Notes: a model not told the origin generated them from the letters alone. A stretch of 64,000 bases of DNA from Nitrosopumilus sp. (GCA_965218785.1 OZ244650.1:544001-608000), one strand, 5' to 3'; numbered from the stretch's first letter, positions 37,889 to 48,850 are shown. Program-made: numbers and translations.

Positions 37889-38625
37889 CAGGAAAAGTGT
37901 ATCTTGTTGGAGCAGGACCGGGAGACAGTAAATTAATCACGTTACGAGCAGTCGAACTGCTCCAAAAAGCCGACATAGTGCTGTATGACAGACTGGTAAG
38001 TAAGAAAATTATTTCAATGATTCCAAAATCCGCAAAAAAAATCTATGTTGGAAGGGCAGTCGGAGATGACACTTTTCATCAAAATACCACCAATGATCTG
38101 ATGGTAAGTTACGCAAAATCCCAGAAAAACATAGTTCGACTAAAGGGCGGTGATCCAATCATCTTTGGACGTGGCGGCGAGGAGGCAGAATTTCTCAAGG
38201 AGCACAAAATAAAATATGAAATCGTTCCGGGAATAACATCCGGAATCGGTTCGGCAACCTATGCGGGAATCCCTCTTACCCACAGAAGATACGCATCATC
38301 GGTAGTCTTTGTTACAGGACATGAAGATCCTGAAAAGAAAGGCGAGACTGTAAAATGGAAGAGACTGGCAAAATCCGTAGACACCATTGTGATAATGATG
38401 GGACTATCAAGAATTGATGTTATATGCAGGCAGCTCATATCTGGCGGGATGGACAAAAACATGCCCGTGGCAGTAATTCAAAATGGAACTACTCCCAGAC
38501 AAAAAATGATCAAGGGGACAGTTACAAACATTGCAAAAAAAATCAAGGCAAATAAAATCACTCCTCCCACAAACATCATAATCGGCAGGGTCGTTGACCT
38601 CTCAGATACAATCGGGTGGAAATAA
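37885..38625 (+). CDS. cobA: Uroporphyrinogen-III C-methyltransferase
   Basis: VGAGPGD, RLKGGDPIIFGRGGEE, VPGITS. Confidence 0.95.
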   Translation: MTGKVYLVGAGPGDSKLITLRAVELLQKADIVLYDRLVSKKIISMIPKSAKKIYVGRAVGDDTFHQNTTNDLMVSYAKSQKNIVRLKGGDPIIFGRGGEEAEFLKEHKIKYEIVPGITSGIGSATYAGIPLTHRRYASSVVFVTGHEDPEKKGETVKWKRLAKSVDTIVIMMGLSRIDVICRQLISGGMDKNMPVAVIQNGTTPRQKMIKGTVTNIAKKIKANKITPPTNIIIGRVVDLSDTIGWK

Positions 38626-39428
38626 TGCTTGAAGGAAAGACTATAGCAATCACTCGCTCAAAGGATGATGCATCTGAATTTATCGAACTTGCCAGAAAAA
38701 ACGGGGCGATACCTGTGCCGCTGCCTACAATTGAGCTTGTAAGTAAGGGCGAAAAAATTGTTGATGAATTTCTAGAATCAATACGGCAGTACAATCCTGA
38801 TTACTCTGTATTTATGAGCTCAAAAGCAGTCAAGCTGCTCTTTGATACTGCAAAACAAGTAGACAGATTCAAGAACCTGCAACTGGCAGTTGCAAATACT
38901 GTTGTAATGTCTGTTGGACCAAAGACTACTGCCGCCCTTGAATCTGAAGGAATCAAAGTAAATCACCAGCCTGCTACCTTTTCATCCGTAGGTATTGGCG
39001 AGGAATTCACAAAAATTCACGCTGTTGGGAAAAAAGTAATTGTTCCACGCAGCGGGGCATCAACTCCGTTTCTCAAGGATCTTCTCAACAAGATTGGAAT
39101 TGACGTGCTGGAAATTCACCTGTATGATGTTTGTTCCTTTAGGGATACGACACAATGGAACGGATTTCGGGAATTATTCTCACAAGGCAGGATCGACGGC
39201 GTCGTGTTTACCAGCGCGTCTTCTGTTCGTGGATTCTTTGATATAATGAGAAAAGACTTTGATGATAAAGTACTGTTTGCCAGTCTTGAAAAACTCTCTA
39301 TAGTTTCCATTGGCCCGTTCACTGCAGCCGAATTAAAAAAATTCAACATCAAAAATACTGTTGCACAAGTTCATACTGTTGCAGGTGCATACAATATCAT
39401 GAAAAACACCCTGGGAGCCGATTCTTAG
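38625..39428 (+). CDS. hemD: Uroporphyrinogen-III synthase
   Basis: AITR, VGPKT, FTSASSV, SIGPFTA. Confidence 0.92.
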   Translation: MLEGKTIAITRSKDDASEFIELARKNGAIPVPLPTIELVSKGEKIVDEFLESIRQYNPDYSVFMSSKAVKLLFDTAKQVDRFKNLQLAVANTVVMSVGPKTTAALESEGIKVNHQPATFSSVGIGEEFTKIHAVGKKVIVPRSGASTPFLKDLLNKIGIDVLEIHLYDVCSFRDTTQWNGFRELFSQGRIDGVVFTSASSVRGFFDIMRKDFDDKVLFASLEKLSIVSIGPFTAAELKKFNIKNTVAQVHTVAGAYNIMKNTLGADS

Positions 39429-39493
39429 CTCTACCTATTTAGCTATACCTATTTTTCCTCATGTATTTATAATATAACGGGGTTATTTTGAGC

Positions 39494-40894
39494 ATGGCAA
39501 CTGAAAATCTTGACATGGATTATTCAAAATATGATTTTAAAGACTCTACGGAAATGTACGTTCACCTTAGCAAGAAAGGCCTGACTAAGGAGACTGTAAT
39601 TGGCATCAGCAAAATGAAGGACGAACCACAATGGATGCTTGATTTTAGATTACGTTCCTATGATATTTTCATGCAAAAGCCAATGCCCACCTGGGGTGGG
39701 AATCTTGGTGTAATAGATTTCCAGAATATCTACTATTATGCAAAGGCATCTGAAAAGACAGAAAAAAGCTGGGATGATGTTCCAGAGAATGTCAAAAACA
39801 CTTTTGATAAACTTGGAATTCCAGAGGCAGAAAAGAAATTCCTGGCAGGTGTTGGGGCACAATACGAATCTGAAGTCGTATATCACAATTTGAGGGAGGA
39901 CTTGAAAAAACAAGGCGTCTTGTTTTTAGATACTGATTCGGCCCTCAAGGAACAGCCAGAAATCTTCAGGAAATACTTTGGCAAAATTATTCCTCCAGAG
40001 GATAACAAGTTTGCGGCATTAAACAGCGCAGTATGGAGCGGTGGCTCTTTTATCTATGTCCCACCGGGTATCAAAATTGACATGCCTCTGCAAGCATACT
40101 TTAGAATTAATGCAGAAAATATCGGTCAGTTTGAAAGAACGTTGATCATTGTAGATGAAGGCGCAGAAGTGCATTACATTGAAGGATGCACTGCCCCTGT
40201 TTATTCTTCAGAATCACTTCATTCTGCCGTTGTAGAGTTGATTGCACACAAGGATGCAAAATTAAGATACACGACCATCCAAAACTGGAGTAACGATGTT
40301 TACAATCTTGTAACAAAGCGTGCATATGCGTATGAAGGTGCGACAGTAGAGTGGATTGATGGAAACATTGGAAGCAAGCTGACCATGAAGTATCCTGGCG
40401 TATATCTGATGGGTGAGAGGGCATACGGTGAAACATTATCCATTGCCTTTGCCGGTAAAGGACAGCACCAAGATACTGGCGCAAAAATGGTTCATCTTGC
40501 ACCAAACACCACATCAAAGGTTACTTCAAAGTCAGTTAGCAGACTAGATGGTCGTTCTACTTACAGGGGGTTACTCCATGTGGCAAAAGGCGCCACAAAC
40601 GTAAAATCCACTGTAAGATGTGATGCACTACTACTAGATGATACCTCAAAGACTGATACCTATCCATACATGGAAATCAACCAGGAAGATGCAACAATCA
40701 CTCATGAAGCAACTGTTGGCAAGATCGGCGATGAACAAATCTTTTATCTTATGAGCAGGGGATTTAACGAAGAAGAGGCACTATCTCTAATCGTAAATGG
40801 TTTCATGGAACCATTCACAAAAGAACTGCCCATGGAATATGCTGTTGAATTAAACAGACTCATCAAACTAGAGATGGATGACTCGGTGGGATAA
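39494..40894 (+). CDS. sufB: Fe-S cluster assembly protein SufB
   Basis: [35 protein letters not shown]. Confidence 0.96.
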   Translation: MATENLDMDYSKYDFKDSTEMYVHLSKKGLTKETVIGISKMKDEPQWMLDFRLRSYDIFMQKPMPTWGGNLGVIDFQNIYYYAKASEKTEKSWDDVPENVKNTFDKLGIPEAEKKFLAGVGAQYESEVVYHNLREDLKKQGVLFLDTDSALKEQPEIFRKYFGKIIPPEDNKFAALNSAVWSGGSFIYVPPGIKIDMPLQAYFRINAENIGQFERTLIIVDEGAEVHYIEGCTAPVYSSESLHSAVVELIAHKDAKLRYTTIQNWSNDVYNLVTKRAYAYEGATVEWIDGNIGSKLTMKYPGVYLMGERAYGETLSIAFAGKGQHQDTGAKMVHLAPNTTSKVTSKSVSRLDGRSTYRGLLHVAKGATNVKSTVRCDALLLDDTSKTDTYPYMEINQEDATITHEATVGKIGDEQIFYLMSRGFNEEEALSLIVNGFMEPFTKELPMEYAVELNRLIKLEMDDSVG

Positions 40895-40918
40895 ACTCCC
40901 AGATTCACTTGATTAATC

Positions 40919-42319
40919 ATGTCCCAAGAAACCCTGTCAAAACTTGATAAACGCCACATTGATGAGATCTCTTCGTCAAGAAACGAACCTGATTGGTTAA
41001 AGGACTATAGAACTAACTCACTGTCTGTTTATGACAGTATGCCTATTGAAACGTCTCCTCTGTATAATAAATACACTGATGCAAAAAAGATGGATCCTGA
41101 CAAAGTCTCTCTGTCTGCATCAACTGCAAGAACAATCCCAAACTTTCTCGAAAAAAGACTGGGCGAGCTAGAAAATGAAATGTGCATCATTCAAATTGGA
41201 ACCAACATACACAGAATCAACATCACCGATGAGCTAAAAACACAGGGACTTGTAATCTCCTCCATATCTGATGCGATTCAAAACAATTCTGAACTTGTAA
41301 AAAAGGCACTCAAATCCTCAAATTCAAAAGATGATAAATTTACGGCATTAAACAACGCCGCCTTTAATTCGGGCGTATTTATCCACATTCCTCGTAATCT
41401 CGCAGTTGAAAAACCGATTCACTTTTTGACGTGTCTCTCTGAGGACGGACTTTCAACGATCTCTAGAAATATAATTTTTGCCGATGAGGGCAGCAAAGCT
41501 ACGATCATACAGGAACTATATTCCCCAAATACCGATTCACAGCAGGCATATCTTGAATTACTGCATACCAATCTTGCGGCAAATGCACGATTGGATATCA
41601 CCACCTTGCAAATGATGGATCAGCATGCAGTAAACTTTTCAACAAGACGGACAGACTTGGCACAAGACGCCAAAGTAAATTGGTACTCTGGACTGTTTGG
41701 CTCTACGTTATCTAGATACAAAATTGATTATTTTCTAAACGGACCTGGTGCATCATGCAATGACTCTGAAGTGATTTTTGGAAACAACGATCAATCGTTT
41801 GATATTCAAACCAGTGTAAACCATGAAGATCGTGAAACTGAAGGAAGGGTGGTGGAAAAATCAATACTTCGAAACAAATCCAAATCCCTTTTCAAGGGAA
41901 TGATCAGAATCAAGGAAAAAGCATCAAAATCAAATTCATTTCTTTCTGGCCGTTCAATTCTTCTAGACAAGGATGCAAAATCAGATGCAATTCCGGGATT
42001 GGAGATTTTCACAAATGATGTAAAGGCTACCCACTCTGCATCTGTTGCCCAGATTGATGAGGAACAGATTTTCTACCTCAAAAGCAGGTGTCTTAGTCAT
42101 GAAGAAGCTGAGAGAACAATCGTCGAGGGCTTTTTAGAGCCGCTTTCAAGAAAAATGTCCTTTCAAGTAAGGGCATGGATTGGTTATCTTATTGAATCTA
42201 AATGGGACAATCGTGAACTAACTATCAACACTGATAAGGAATTAACAAAATTCGTTGAAGTTGAAGAGACACGTTACAACGAGGATGCGGAAATCGAACA
42301 GCATTACAAGTACAGGTAG
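40919..42319 (+). CDS. sufD: Fe-S cluster assembly protein SufD
   Basis: FTALNNA, IPGLEIFTNDVKATHSASV, IFYLKSR. Confidence 0.93.
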   Translation: MSQETLSKLDKRHIDEISSSRNEPDWLKDYRTNSLSVYDSMPIETSPLYNKYTDAKKMDPDKVSLSASTARTIPNFLEKRLGELENEMCIIQIGTNIHRINITDELKTQGLVISSISDAIQNNSELVKKALKSSNSKDDKFTALNNAAFNSGVFIHIPRNLAVEKPIHFLTCLSEDGLSTISRNIIFADEGSKATIIQELYSPNTDSQQAYLELLHTNLAANARLDITTLQMMDQHAVNFSTRRTDLAQDAKVNWYSGLFGSTLSRYKIDYFLNGPGASCNDSEVIFGNNDQSFDIQTSVNHEDRETEGRVVEKSILRNKSKSLFKGMIRIKEKASKSNSFLSGRSILLDKDAKSDAIPGLEIFTNDVKATHSASVAQIDEEQIFYLKSRCLSHEEAERTIVEGFLEPLSRKMSFQVRAWIGYLIESKWDNRELTINTDKELTKFVEVEETRYNEDAEIEQHYKYR

Positions 42320-42324
42320 TTTTT

Positions 42325-42633
42325 TTGTCTGAATGGATAAAGGCGTGTAGTTTGGAGCAGGTAAAAGAAGGCCAGCTTTTTGGATTTATACACGATGAAA
42401 AGAAGATTCTCATAGCCAACATCAAGGGAAAAATCCATGCCACTGATCTTGTCTGTACACACGCAGATGCGGATCTTTCTACTGGTTTTCTCAGCGAGGA
42501 AGGCGTAAGATGTCCGCTACATCTTTCTGTTTTTAACCTAGAGGATGGAAAACCGCAGAACCTTCCTGCAGAAACGCCTCTTACAGTATATAATGTTAAA
42601 ATGGAAGGCAAGGAGATTTACGTGGAGATTTAG
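42325..42633 (+). CDS. Rieske [2Fe-2S] ferredoxin
   Basis: CTH...CPLH Rieske ligands. Confidence 0.9.
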   Translation: MSEWIKACSLEQVKEGQLFGFIHDEKKILIANIKGKIHATDLVCTHADADLSTGFLSEEGVRCPLHLSVFNLEDGKPQNLPAETPLTVYNVKMEGKEIYVEI

Positions 42634-42634
42634 G

Positions 42635-43879
42635 ATGCAAAGCATACAATCTATTTTTGAGAATTTGAAAAAAGACTTTCCAATACTGCAAAGAACCGTG
42701 AGGGATAACAAGCCACTTGTCTACCTTGATAATGCATCCACAACACAAAAACCAAACCAGGTAATTGACTCTATTACTGATTATTATCGAAATCATAATG
42801 CAAACATTCACAGGGCAGTGTATGCCTTGGCTGAAGAGGCCACTGAGGCATACGAGGGAACACGTGATAAAATTGCAGGTTTTCTCAACATCCCAGACCG
42901 ACGGGAAATCATCTTTGTTAGGGGGACCACCGAGGCAATCAACCTTGTTGCATATGCTTGGGGACGGTCTTGCATCAAGGAGGGCGACATTATTGTAACT
43001 ACCGAATATGAACATCACAGCAACATTGTGCCATGGCAACTTCTCATTCAGGAGAAGGGTGCAAAACTGGAATACATTGGAATGGATGATAATGGAGAAC
43101 TGATTTTAGATGATCTTGACAGGTATCTTGCAACGGGAAGAGTCAAACTTGTGACCTTTAGTTTGATGTCAAATGTTCTTGGAACAATCACTGATGCTGC
43201 CAGCATTATTGAAAAATGCAAGACGGCAGGTGTTCTCACACTAGTAGATGGCGCACAGGCAGTTCCTCACATGAAAGTTGATCTTGAAAAATTAGGATGT
43301 GACTTTTTTGCATTTTCCGGGCACAAGATGCTGGGTCCGACAGGAATCGGTGTTTTATGGGTCCGAAAATCAATCCTGGAAACTATGGACCCGTTTCATG
43401 GCGGCGGTGATATGATCAGGGAGGTTCACAAGTATGAGGCCACTTGGAATGACCTGCCATACAAATTCGAGGCAGGTACGCCAAACATTGCCGATGTCGT
43501 GGGATTAGGCGCCGCAGTTGACTATCTTACGAACATTGGAATGGAGAACATCCGAGAGCATGAAATTGAACTGACAAAATATGCCATTGATGAACTATCT
43601 AAGGTCAAGGGGCTCTTAATTTATGGTACGAAAGTTCTTTCAAAACGCGGTGGCGTGATCTCCTTTAATTTCGCAGATGTTCATCCTCATGATGTTGCGC
43701 AGATTATTGATGGGGAGGGCATTGCAGTCCGTTCCGGTCATCACTGTGCACAGGTACTAATGGAGCGGCTAGATGTCGCTGCGACATCCCGGGCCAGTTT
43801 TTACATTTACAACACCCGAGAAGACATTGACGCGCTGATCAATTCATTAAATAAAGTGGCAAAGGTGTTCAAATTATGA
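42635..43879 (+). CDS. sufS: Cysteine desulfurase SufS
   Basis: YLDNASTTQKP, SGHKMLGPTGIG, RSGHHCA; start at ATG 42635. Confidence 0.96.
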   Translation: MQSIQSIFENLKKDFPILQRTVRDNKPLVYLDNASTTQKPNQVIDSITDYYRNHNANIHRAVYALAEEATEAYEGTRDKIAGFLNIPDRREIIFVRGTTEAINLVAYAWGRSCIKEGDIIVTTEYEHHSNIVPWQLLIQEKGAKLEYIGMDDNGELILDDLDRYLATGRVKLVTFSLMSNVLGTITDAASIIEKCKTAGVLTLVDGAQAVPHMKVDLEKLGCDFFAFSGHKMLGPTGIGVLWVRKSILETMDPFHGGGDMIREVHKYEATWNDLPYKFEAGTPNIADVVGLGAAVDYLTNIGMENIREHEIELTKYAIDELSKVKGLLIYGTKVLSKRGGVISFNFADVHPHDVAQIIDGEGIAVRSGHHCAQVLMERLDVAATSRASFYIYNTREDIDALINSLNKVAKVFKL

Positions 43880-44319
43880 GTGGTAATGCCGATATTTATC
43901 ATGAAATGATTGTTGATTATTCAAGAAATCCAGTAAATTATGGAAAGATTGAAGATCACGATGTGACCTTTCATGATTCAAATCCGTTATGTGGTGACAG
44001 CATTGACATTGATATGAAAATTGATGAGAACAAAGTCACTGATATCAAATTCCATGGGAAGGGATGTGCAATTTGCATGGCATGTTCTTGTGTTTTGACT
44101 GAAATGACAAAGGGCAAAAATCTTGATGAGGTAAGAAAGTTAGAAAAAAACGATGTATTAAGCGAGCTGGGTCTTGAGCATCTTCAGGCAGTTCGAATAA
44201 AATGCGCCCTGCTGTCCCTCAAAGTACTCAAATCTGCCCTTTACACCTATCTTGGAGAACATTTGAATGATTCTCAAGACATGGATAAACTAAAAGAAGA
44301 GGCAGCAAATCTGTATTAA
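43876..44319 (+). CDS. sufU: SufU/IscU-type Fe-S scaffold/sulfur acceptor
   Basis: NPLCGD, GCAIC, RIKCALL. Confidence 0.9.
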   Translation: MSGNADIYHEMIVDYSRNPVNYGKIEDHDVTFHDSNPLCGDSIDIDMKIDENKVTDIKFHGKGCAICMACSCVLTEMTKGKNLDEVRKLEKNDVLSELGLEHLQAVRIKCALLSLKVLKSALYTYLGEHLNDSQDMDKLKEEAANLY

Positions 44320-44320
44320 C

Positions 44321-44668
44321 ATGAGTGATTATACTCCTACAACCCCCATTGCACTCCAAATCCGAAAAATAATTTTTGAAAAATTCAATGATGTTGATGC
44401 CCGATTTTCAAATGATGAAATCTTTGAGATGCTAAAACAGACAGGTGATATTAATCCCTCTTGGATAGTCGATGACGTTGAACCCTTTTTCAATGATATT
44501 TGTGATTTGGGCCTTGTAAGAAACATTGCGCAGAACTTTACCACCATCTGGCTAAAGCTGTTTGATCCTGTTGAAAAACTACATTGTAATACCTGCAATC
44601 AGGACATTTACCTTGGAGCATCTGAGGAGAGGACATGCCCTGACCCCTCCTGCAAATCCTCTATTTAG
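44321..44668 (+). CDS. Hypothetical protein, wHTH-like with C-terminal CxxC...CxxxxC
   Basis: 1 nt after sufU stop; CNTC and CPDPSC. Confidence 0.75.
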   Translation: MSDYTPTTPIALQIRKIIFEKFNDVDARFSNDEIFEMLKQTGDINPSWIVDDVEPFFNDICDLGLVRNIAQNFTTIWLKLFDPVEKLHCNTCNQDIYLGASEERTCPDPSCKSSI

Positions 44669-45869
44669 ATCTGTATTTTTTTGCGGCCTCTTCAAGTGCG
44701 TTAATCATCGGTAGCTTCTCACCTGTAAGATAAAGTACCAATGCCCCGCCTGCAGTGCTAACATGATTAATTTTATCTGCCAATCCCTGCTGTTTTAATG
44801 CCGTTGTCAAGTGACCGCCACTTACAATTGTTGTTGCCATAGAGTTTGCAACTGATTTGAGCAATTCTTTTGTACCATAGCTGAAATTTTCTTTTTCAAA
44901 AAATCCAGCAGGTCCGCTGATAAACACGGTTCCTGCACCAGAAATTAATTTTGAATAATATTCTATGGTCTTTGGACCCAAATCAAAAATTTTGTCCCCC
45001 CTGTCCATCTCCCTTACGTCCATCTCTATTCTTTCACCGTCCTTGTCAATTGCGATATCTACCGGTGTTGCAAAAACATCTGGATACTCTCCAATCAGCG
45101 CATGTGCCTTTGCTACTGCCTCTTCTTCTCTTTTTATGCCAAGCGAGGATTTGATTCGGGCCTGTGCACGCATAAACACATTTCCAATCAATCCTGTCAG
45201 CAGAACATGATCTGCACGGCCGTTTTGAATCAATAGCTTGATTGCCTCAAGTCTGTCTAGTATTTTTGAGCCTCCAAGCACAATAACATGCGGTGCCTTG
45301 GCAACAGTCATTATCTCATCTAGGTTTTGAACCTCTCTTTGAACAATTCTTCCTGCACATGCCGGCAGAACCTGTGGAAATCCAATAATTGACGGGTGTG
45401 ATCTGTGCGCACTTGGAAACGAGTCCAACACACAAAGATCAAATAACTTGGACAAACGGCTGACCATTATTGTTTTGGCCGCATCTTCTGGTAAAAATTC
45501 ATAATTTTCTTCAGCACATAATCGCAGATTATCTAAAAGCAGAATGTCCCCATCCTCCAGACCCTTGATTGCGTTTTGTGCAGCTTCTCCAATCACGTCT
45601 TCTACGTATTTTATTTTTTTATTCATTAATTTTTCCAGAACTTTTGCATGTTTGTCCATTCCAGTATAATCTTTATTTCCGACCCTTCCCTGGTGTGAGG
45701 CCACTACCACCCTTGCATCTTTTAATGATTCTAATGTTTCAACGGCCTCTTCAATTCTTTTTATACCCAGAATTTCCATCGTTTCTGGATCAATTGGACA
45801 ATTCATGTCGATTCTAAGAAAAACAGTCTTGCCCTTTAGGTCAAAATCATCTAATGTGAGTACCTTCAC
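44661..45869 (-). CDS. pgk: Phosphoglycerate kinase
   Basis: RIDMNCP, SHQGR, LLDNLR, AHRSH, VSTAGGA; GTG start at 45869. Confidence 0.95.
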   Translation of the reverse strand: MKVLTLDDFDLKGKTVFLRIDMNCPIDPETMEILGIKRIEEAVETLESLKDARVVVASHQGRVGNKDYTGMDKHAKVLEKLMNKKIKYVEDVIGEAAQNAIKGLEDGDILLLDNLRLCAEENYEFLPEDAAKTIMVSRLSKLFDLCVLDSFPSAHRSHPSIIGFPQVLPACAGRIVQREVQNLDEIMTVAKAPHVIVLGGSKILDRLEAIKLLIQNGRADHVLLTGLIGNVFMRAQARIKSSLGIKREEEAVAKAHALIGEYPDVFATPVDIAIDKDGERIEMDVREMDRGDKIFDLGPKTIEYYSKLISGAGTVFISGPAGFFEKENFSYGTKELLKSVANSMATTIVSGGHLTTALKQQGLADKINHVSTAGGALVLYLTGEKLPMINALEEAAKKYRSK

Positions 45870-46010
45870 GCCTTTTCTATTATACACTTGGTTAAATTCT
45901 TTGAGTCGATCAGAATTATTTTCCCAAATCCTAATTCCAGACAATGGTTTGCAGTTATGAAAATTACCCATTGACAAAAATTAAAAGCAACATACTTGGG
46001 GTTTAATTAA

Positions 46011-46679
46011 TTGCAAAACTGGATTTTTGATATTAGGTCACGCTCTTTTGTATTGCTGGTAATTTTATTTATGATTCTTACTGCTTTTGTATATTATCAG
46101 GTAACTGAAAGTTTTGATCAAGGTGTCATCTTTTTCTTTTCACAAAATGTTGGAAATCCCACACTTGATACCATTATGCAGTATGTCACAGAAAGTGGAG
46201 ATGTCTTTAACATGATGGCATTTGGAATACTGTTGTTAATTATTCCAAAAACCCGCAGAATTGGAATTACTTTGATGATTCTAATCGTATTTTCAACCCT
46301 CCTTACCGGTTACATCAAATGTGGCGTTGATAGGGACAGACCTGATTTTGAGTATGAGGGTACGCCATTTCCCATTGAAATCAGCCGTGATACATTTGCC
46401 CTGTTTTGTGAGGGCAGCATTAATGCTTCATATCCTTCCGGCCATGCGGCTCGAGCCATAATATTTGGCGTACTGCTGGGATATGCCCTTTCAGAACGAT
46501 TCCCTAGGGGGGCATATCTGCTATTGTTATATCCTGTAATGATCTCAATTAGTAGAATCTACGTCCTACAACATTATCCAATGGACGTCATAGGAGGAAC
46601 CGTCATTGGTATGATGCTTGTTGGAGTAATGGCAAAGAGAACAAAACTTTACAAAATTTTTGACAAATCAAAGACCTAG
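46011..46679 (+). CDS. PAP2-family membrane phosphatase
   Basis: K-x6-RP, PSGH and SRIYVLQHYPMD. Confidence 0.92.
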   Translation: MQNWIFDIRSRSFVLLVILFMILTAFVYYQVTESFDQGVIFFFSQNVGNPTLDTIMQYVTESGDVFNMMAFGILLLIIPKTRRIGITLMILIVFSTLLTGYIKCGVDRDRPDFEYEGTPFPIEISRDTFALFCEGSINASYPSGHAARAIIFGVLLGYALSERFPRGAYLLLLYPVMISISRIYVLQHYPMDVIGGTVIGMMLVGVMAKRTKLYKIFDKSKT

Positions 46680-46976
46680 TTCCGTTAGTGCGGCATTACT
46701 TATCAGAACTATCGCATAATGCTCTTTATCGTGATGATATGTCCAATATCTGACATTTCTGGCTTCGCCTTTCTGTCTTAATCCGTGAGTTACCCCGGTT
46801 GTAACTGTGTATCCGATTCTTTTTGCAATTTTTGATTCTTTTGGCATCAAGACCCTGTATCCTTCTTTTTTATTAAATCCCGTATTGATCATGTCCTCAA
46901 CTGCATCTGAGGCATCCTTTTCGTCTTTTAGATCATATGTTTTTGATACCGGTAAATCTTTTGGATGAAAATCCAT
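46668..46976 (-). CDS. Hypothetical protein
   Basis: 102-aa ORF with AT-rich upstream promoter region. Confidence 0.72.
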   Translation of the reverse strand: MDFHPKDLPVSKTYDLKDEKDASDAVEDMINTGFNKKEGYRVLMPKESKIAKRIGYTVTTGVTHGLRQKGEARNVRYWTYHHDKEHYAIVLISNAALTELGL

Positions 46977-47112
46977 AATTTTGATGAATTCTCTTTACTA
47001 ATATTTTTTAAAAAATTGATTTTAGCGATCAAAGTTGGTTAATTTTCTTAACTGCTAAGTCAATTCCTGATCATATCTATAACTTAACCGATTCATCTGC
47101 CTTGATTGAATA

Positions 47113-48345
47113 TTGACATCGTTAGAAAAGTTGGTAGTTCAGCTGAGAGACAAAAAGCAGAAAGCGACAAATCTTAGAAAAAAAGCTGAAAAACAGCTAG
47201 GGGAGATCCGTTCTGCTGAGAGGCACTCCTCTTCTGGTCTGAATACACTATCTAGAAAAATTGAATCTGAGCGCGAAGATATCTCTGATGTATCTGCCAT
47301 TTTGAATCAAAAAAACTCCCAATTGAAAAGTATTGAAAGATTGCTAAGTGCAGCAAATGACCGTCTGTCACAAGAAAAAGAGGCAGTAGAGCAGACTCGA
47401 CAAGAAATTGAATTTGCTGAAAATCCTGAGGAAAAACAGAATGCTGAAATTAAATTACGCTTCTTAAATGATCATATTCAGGAATTAATTTTTGAGATTA
47501 AAAGCAGGGAAAAAACAGCTAAAAAAATTACAGAAAATGTTGCAAAGTTTGATGATGCCAAATCAAAGATTTCATCAAAAATCCAAAGACAGTCCAAATC
47601 AAAATCTTCCATGCGTAAGACGATGACTGTGAGTCACAAAACTGTTGAGAAATTTGTCCGACAATTAGAATCAAAAACAAGGGCAGAGGAATCTGCTAAA
47701 AAAGCATTAGATGCTGCATCTGCAAAATTACGAGAATTTTTGGTTAAAAAACACAAGATGTCTAAAAAGAGACCTGTAAAGAAAGCAGCTAAAAAGAAAT
47801 CTGTAAAGAAAGCAGCTAAAAAGAAAACAGCAAAGAGAACAACTAGAAAGAAAACAGCTAAAAAGAAAACGACTAAAAAGAAACCAGCAAAGAGAACAGC
47901 TAAAAGGAAGGCGGCAAAGAGAATAGCTAAAAGGAAAGTGACTAAAAAGAAACCAGCAAAGAGAACAGCTAAAAAGAAAGTAGCAAAGAGAACAGCTAAA
48001 AAGAGAACAGCTAAAAAGAAAGTAGCAAAGAGAACAGCTAAAAAGAAAGTAGCAAAGAGAACAGCTAAAAAGAAAGTAGCAAAGAGAACAGCTAAAAAGA
48101 AAGTAGCAAAGAGAACAGCTAAAAAGAAAGTAGCAAAGAGAACAGCTAAAAAGAAAGTAGCAAAGAGAACAGCTAAAAAGAAAGTAGCAAAGAGAACAGC
48201 TAAAAAGAAAGTAGCAAAGAGAACAGCTAAAAAGAAAGTAGCAAAGAGAACAGCTAAAAAGAAAGTAGCAAAGAGAACAGCTAAAAAGAAAGCGACTAAA
48301 AAGAAACCCGTAAAGAAAGCAGCTAAAAAGAAATCCAGACGTTAG
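47113..48345 (+). CDS. Coiled-coil protein with ~195-aa Lys/Arg/Ala-rich histone H1/Hc2-like repeat tail
   Basis: Heptad-rich N-half; KRTAKKKVA repeats. Confidence 0.85.
   Translation: MTSLEKLVVQLRDKKQKATNLRKKAEKQLGEIRSAERHSSSGLNTLSRKIESEREDISDVSAILNQKNSQLKSIERLLSAANDRLSQEKEAVEQTRQEIEFAENPEEKQNAEIKLRFLNDHIQELIFEIKSREKTAKKITENVAKFDDAKSKISSKIQRQSKSKSSMRKTMTVSHKTVEKFVRQLESKTRAEESAKKALDAASAKLREFLVKKHKMSKKRPVKKAAKKKSVKKAAKKKTAKRTTRKKTAKKKTTKKKPAKRTAKRKAAKRIAKRKVTKKKPAKRTAKKKVAKRTAKKRTAKKKVAKRTAKKKVAKRTAKKKVAKRTAKKKVAKRTAKKKVAKRTAKKKVAKRTAKKKVAKRTAKKKVAKRTAKKKVAKRTAKKKVAKRTAKKKATKKKPVKKAAKKKSRR
47959..48292 (+). repeat. In-frame 27-bp tandem repeat (KRTAKKKVA)
   Basis: AAGAGAACAGCTAAAAAGAAAGTAGCA: 10 consecutive identical copies 48001-48270, one at 47959, plus partial copies. 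Confidence 0.95.
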
Positions 48346-48414
48346 TTCCCTTAAAAATTAATTGGCATGCAGCCAATTTTCAGATTATAAAAATAATTAA
48401 AATTATGGTGGAAA

Positions 48415-48729
48415 TTATTGAGGATTAACTTCCATCTGACCAAATTTACCTTTTGTTAAGGATACCTCTCCTTTGAATTCATTGGTGTATCCGTTTGTGA
48501 TGACAACCACATCTCCAATATTTACTGTTTTAATGTCGTCGCCCCACAATGTCAGTTTCATTTGGTCTTCTTCTGTTTCGCCGTCAGATATTACCGCATC
48601 ACATACGTCCACGGTTCCTCCGTTTTTGAGATTTACCGTTCTTGGGTCTCCCTTACTTTTAACTTCGGCTTTTGCATTAACTCCACTTCGCATTTTTCTT
48701 GCTTGTGAAATTGGTATATATTCTACCAT
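48415..48729 (-). CDS. ssb: Single OB-fold ssDNA-binding protein (crenarchaeal-type SSB)
   Basis: VNAKAEV...KLTLWG...GDVVVITNGYTNEFKGEVSLTKGKFG; start at MVEYI. Confidence 0.88.
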   Translation of the reverse strand: MVEYIPISQARKMRSGVNAKAEVKSKGDPRTVNLKNGGTVDVCDAVISDGETEEDQMKLTLWGDDIKTVNIGDVVVITNGYTNEFKGEVSLTKGKFGQMEVNPQ

Positions 48730-48850
48730 GTATTTTTGAATCAAATTCACATGATTATAAGCTTTGTTAAAAACTCTACAAAGCATGGATCTTTTTTTTT
48801 AATTTACCCTAATAGTAATCGAAAAATATTAGTCATTACCCAATCTCATT

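Noticed and set aside
47959-48292. 27-bp repeat array as a CRISPR
   Set aside because: Units are head-to-tail with no unique spacers, in frame within a CDS, and no cas genes are present
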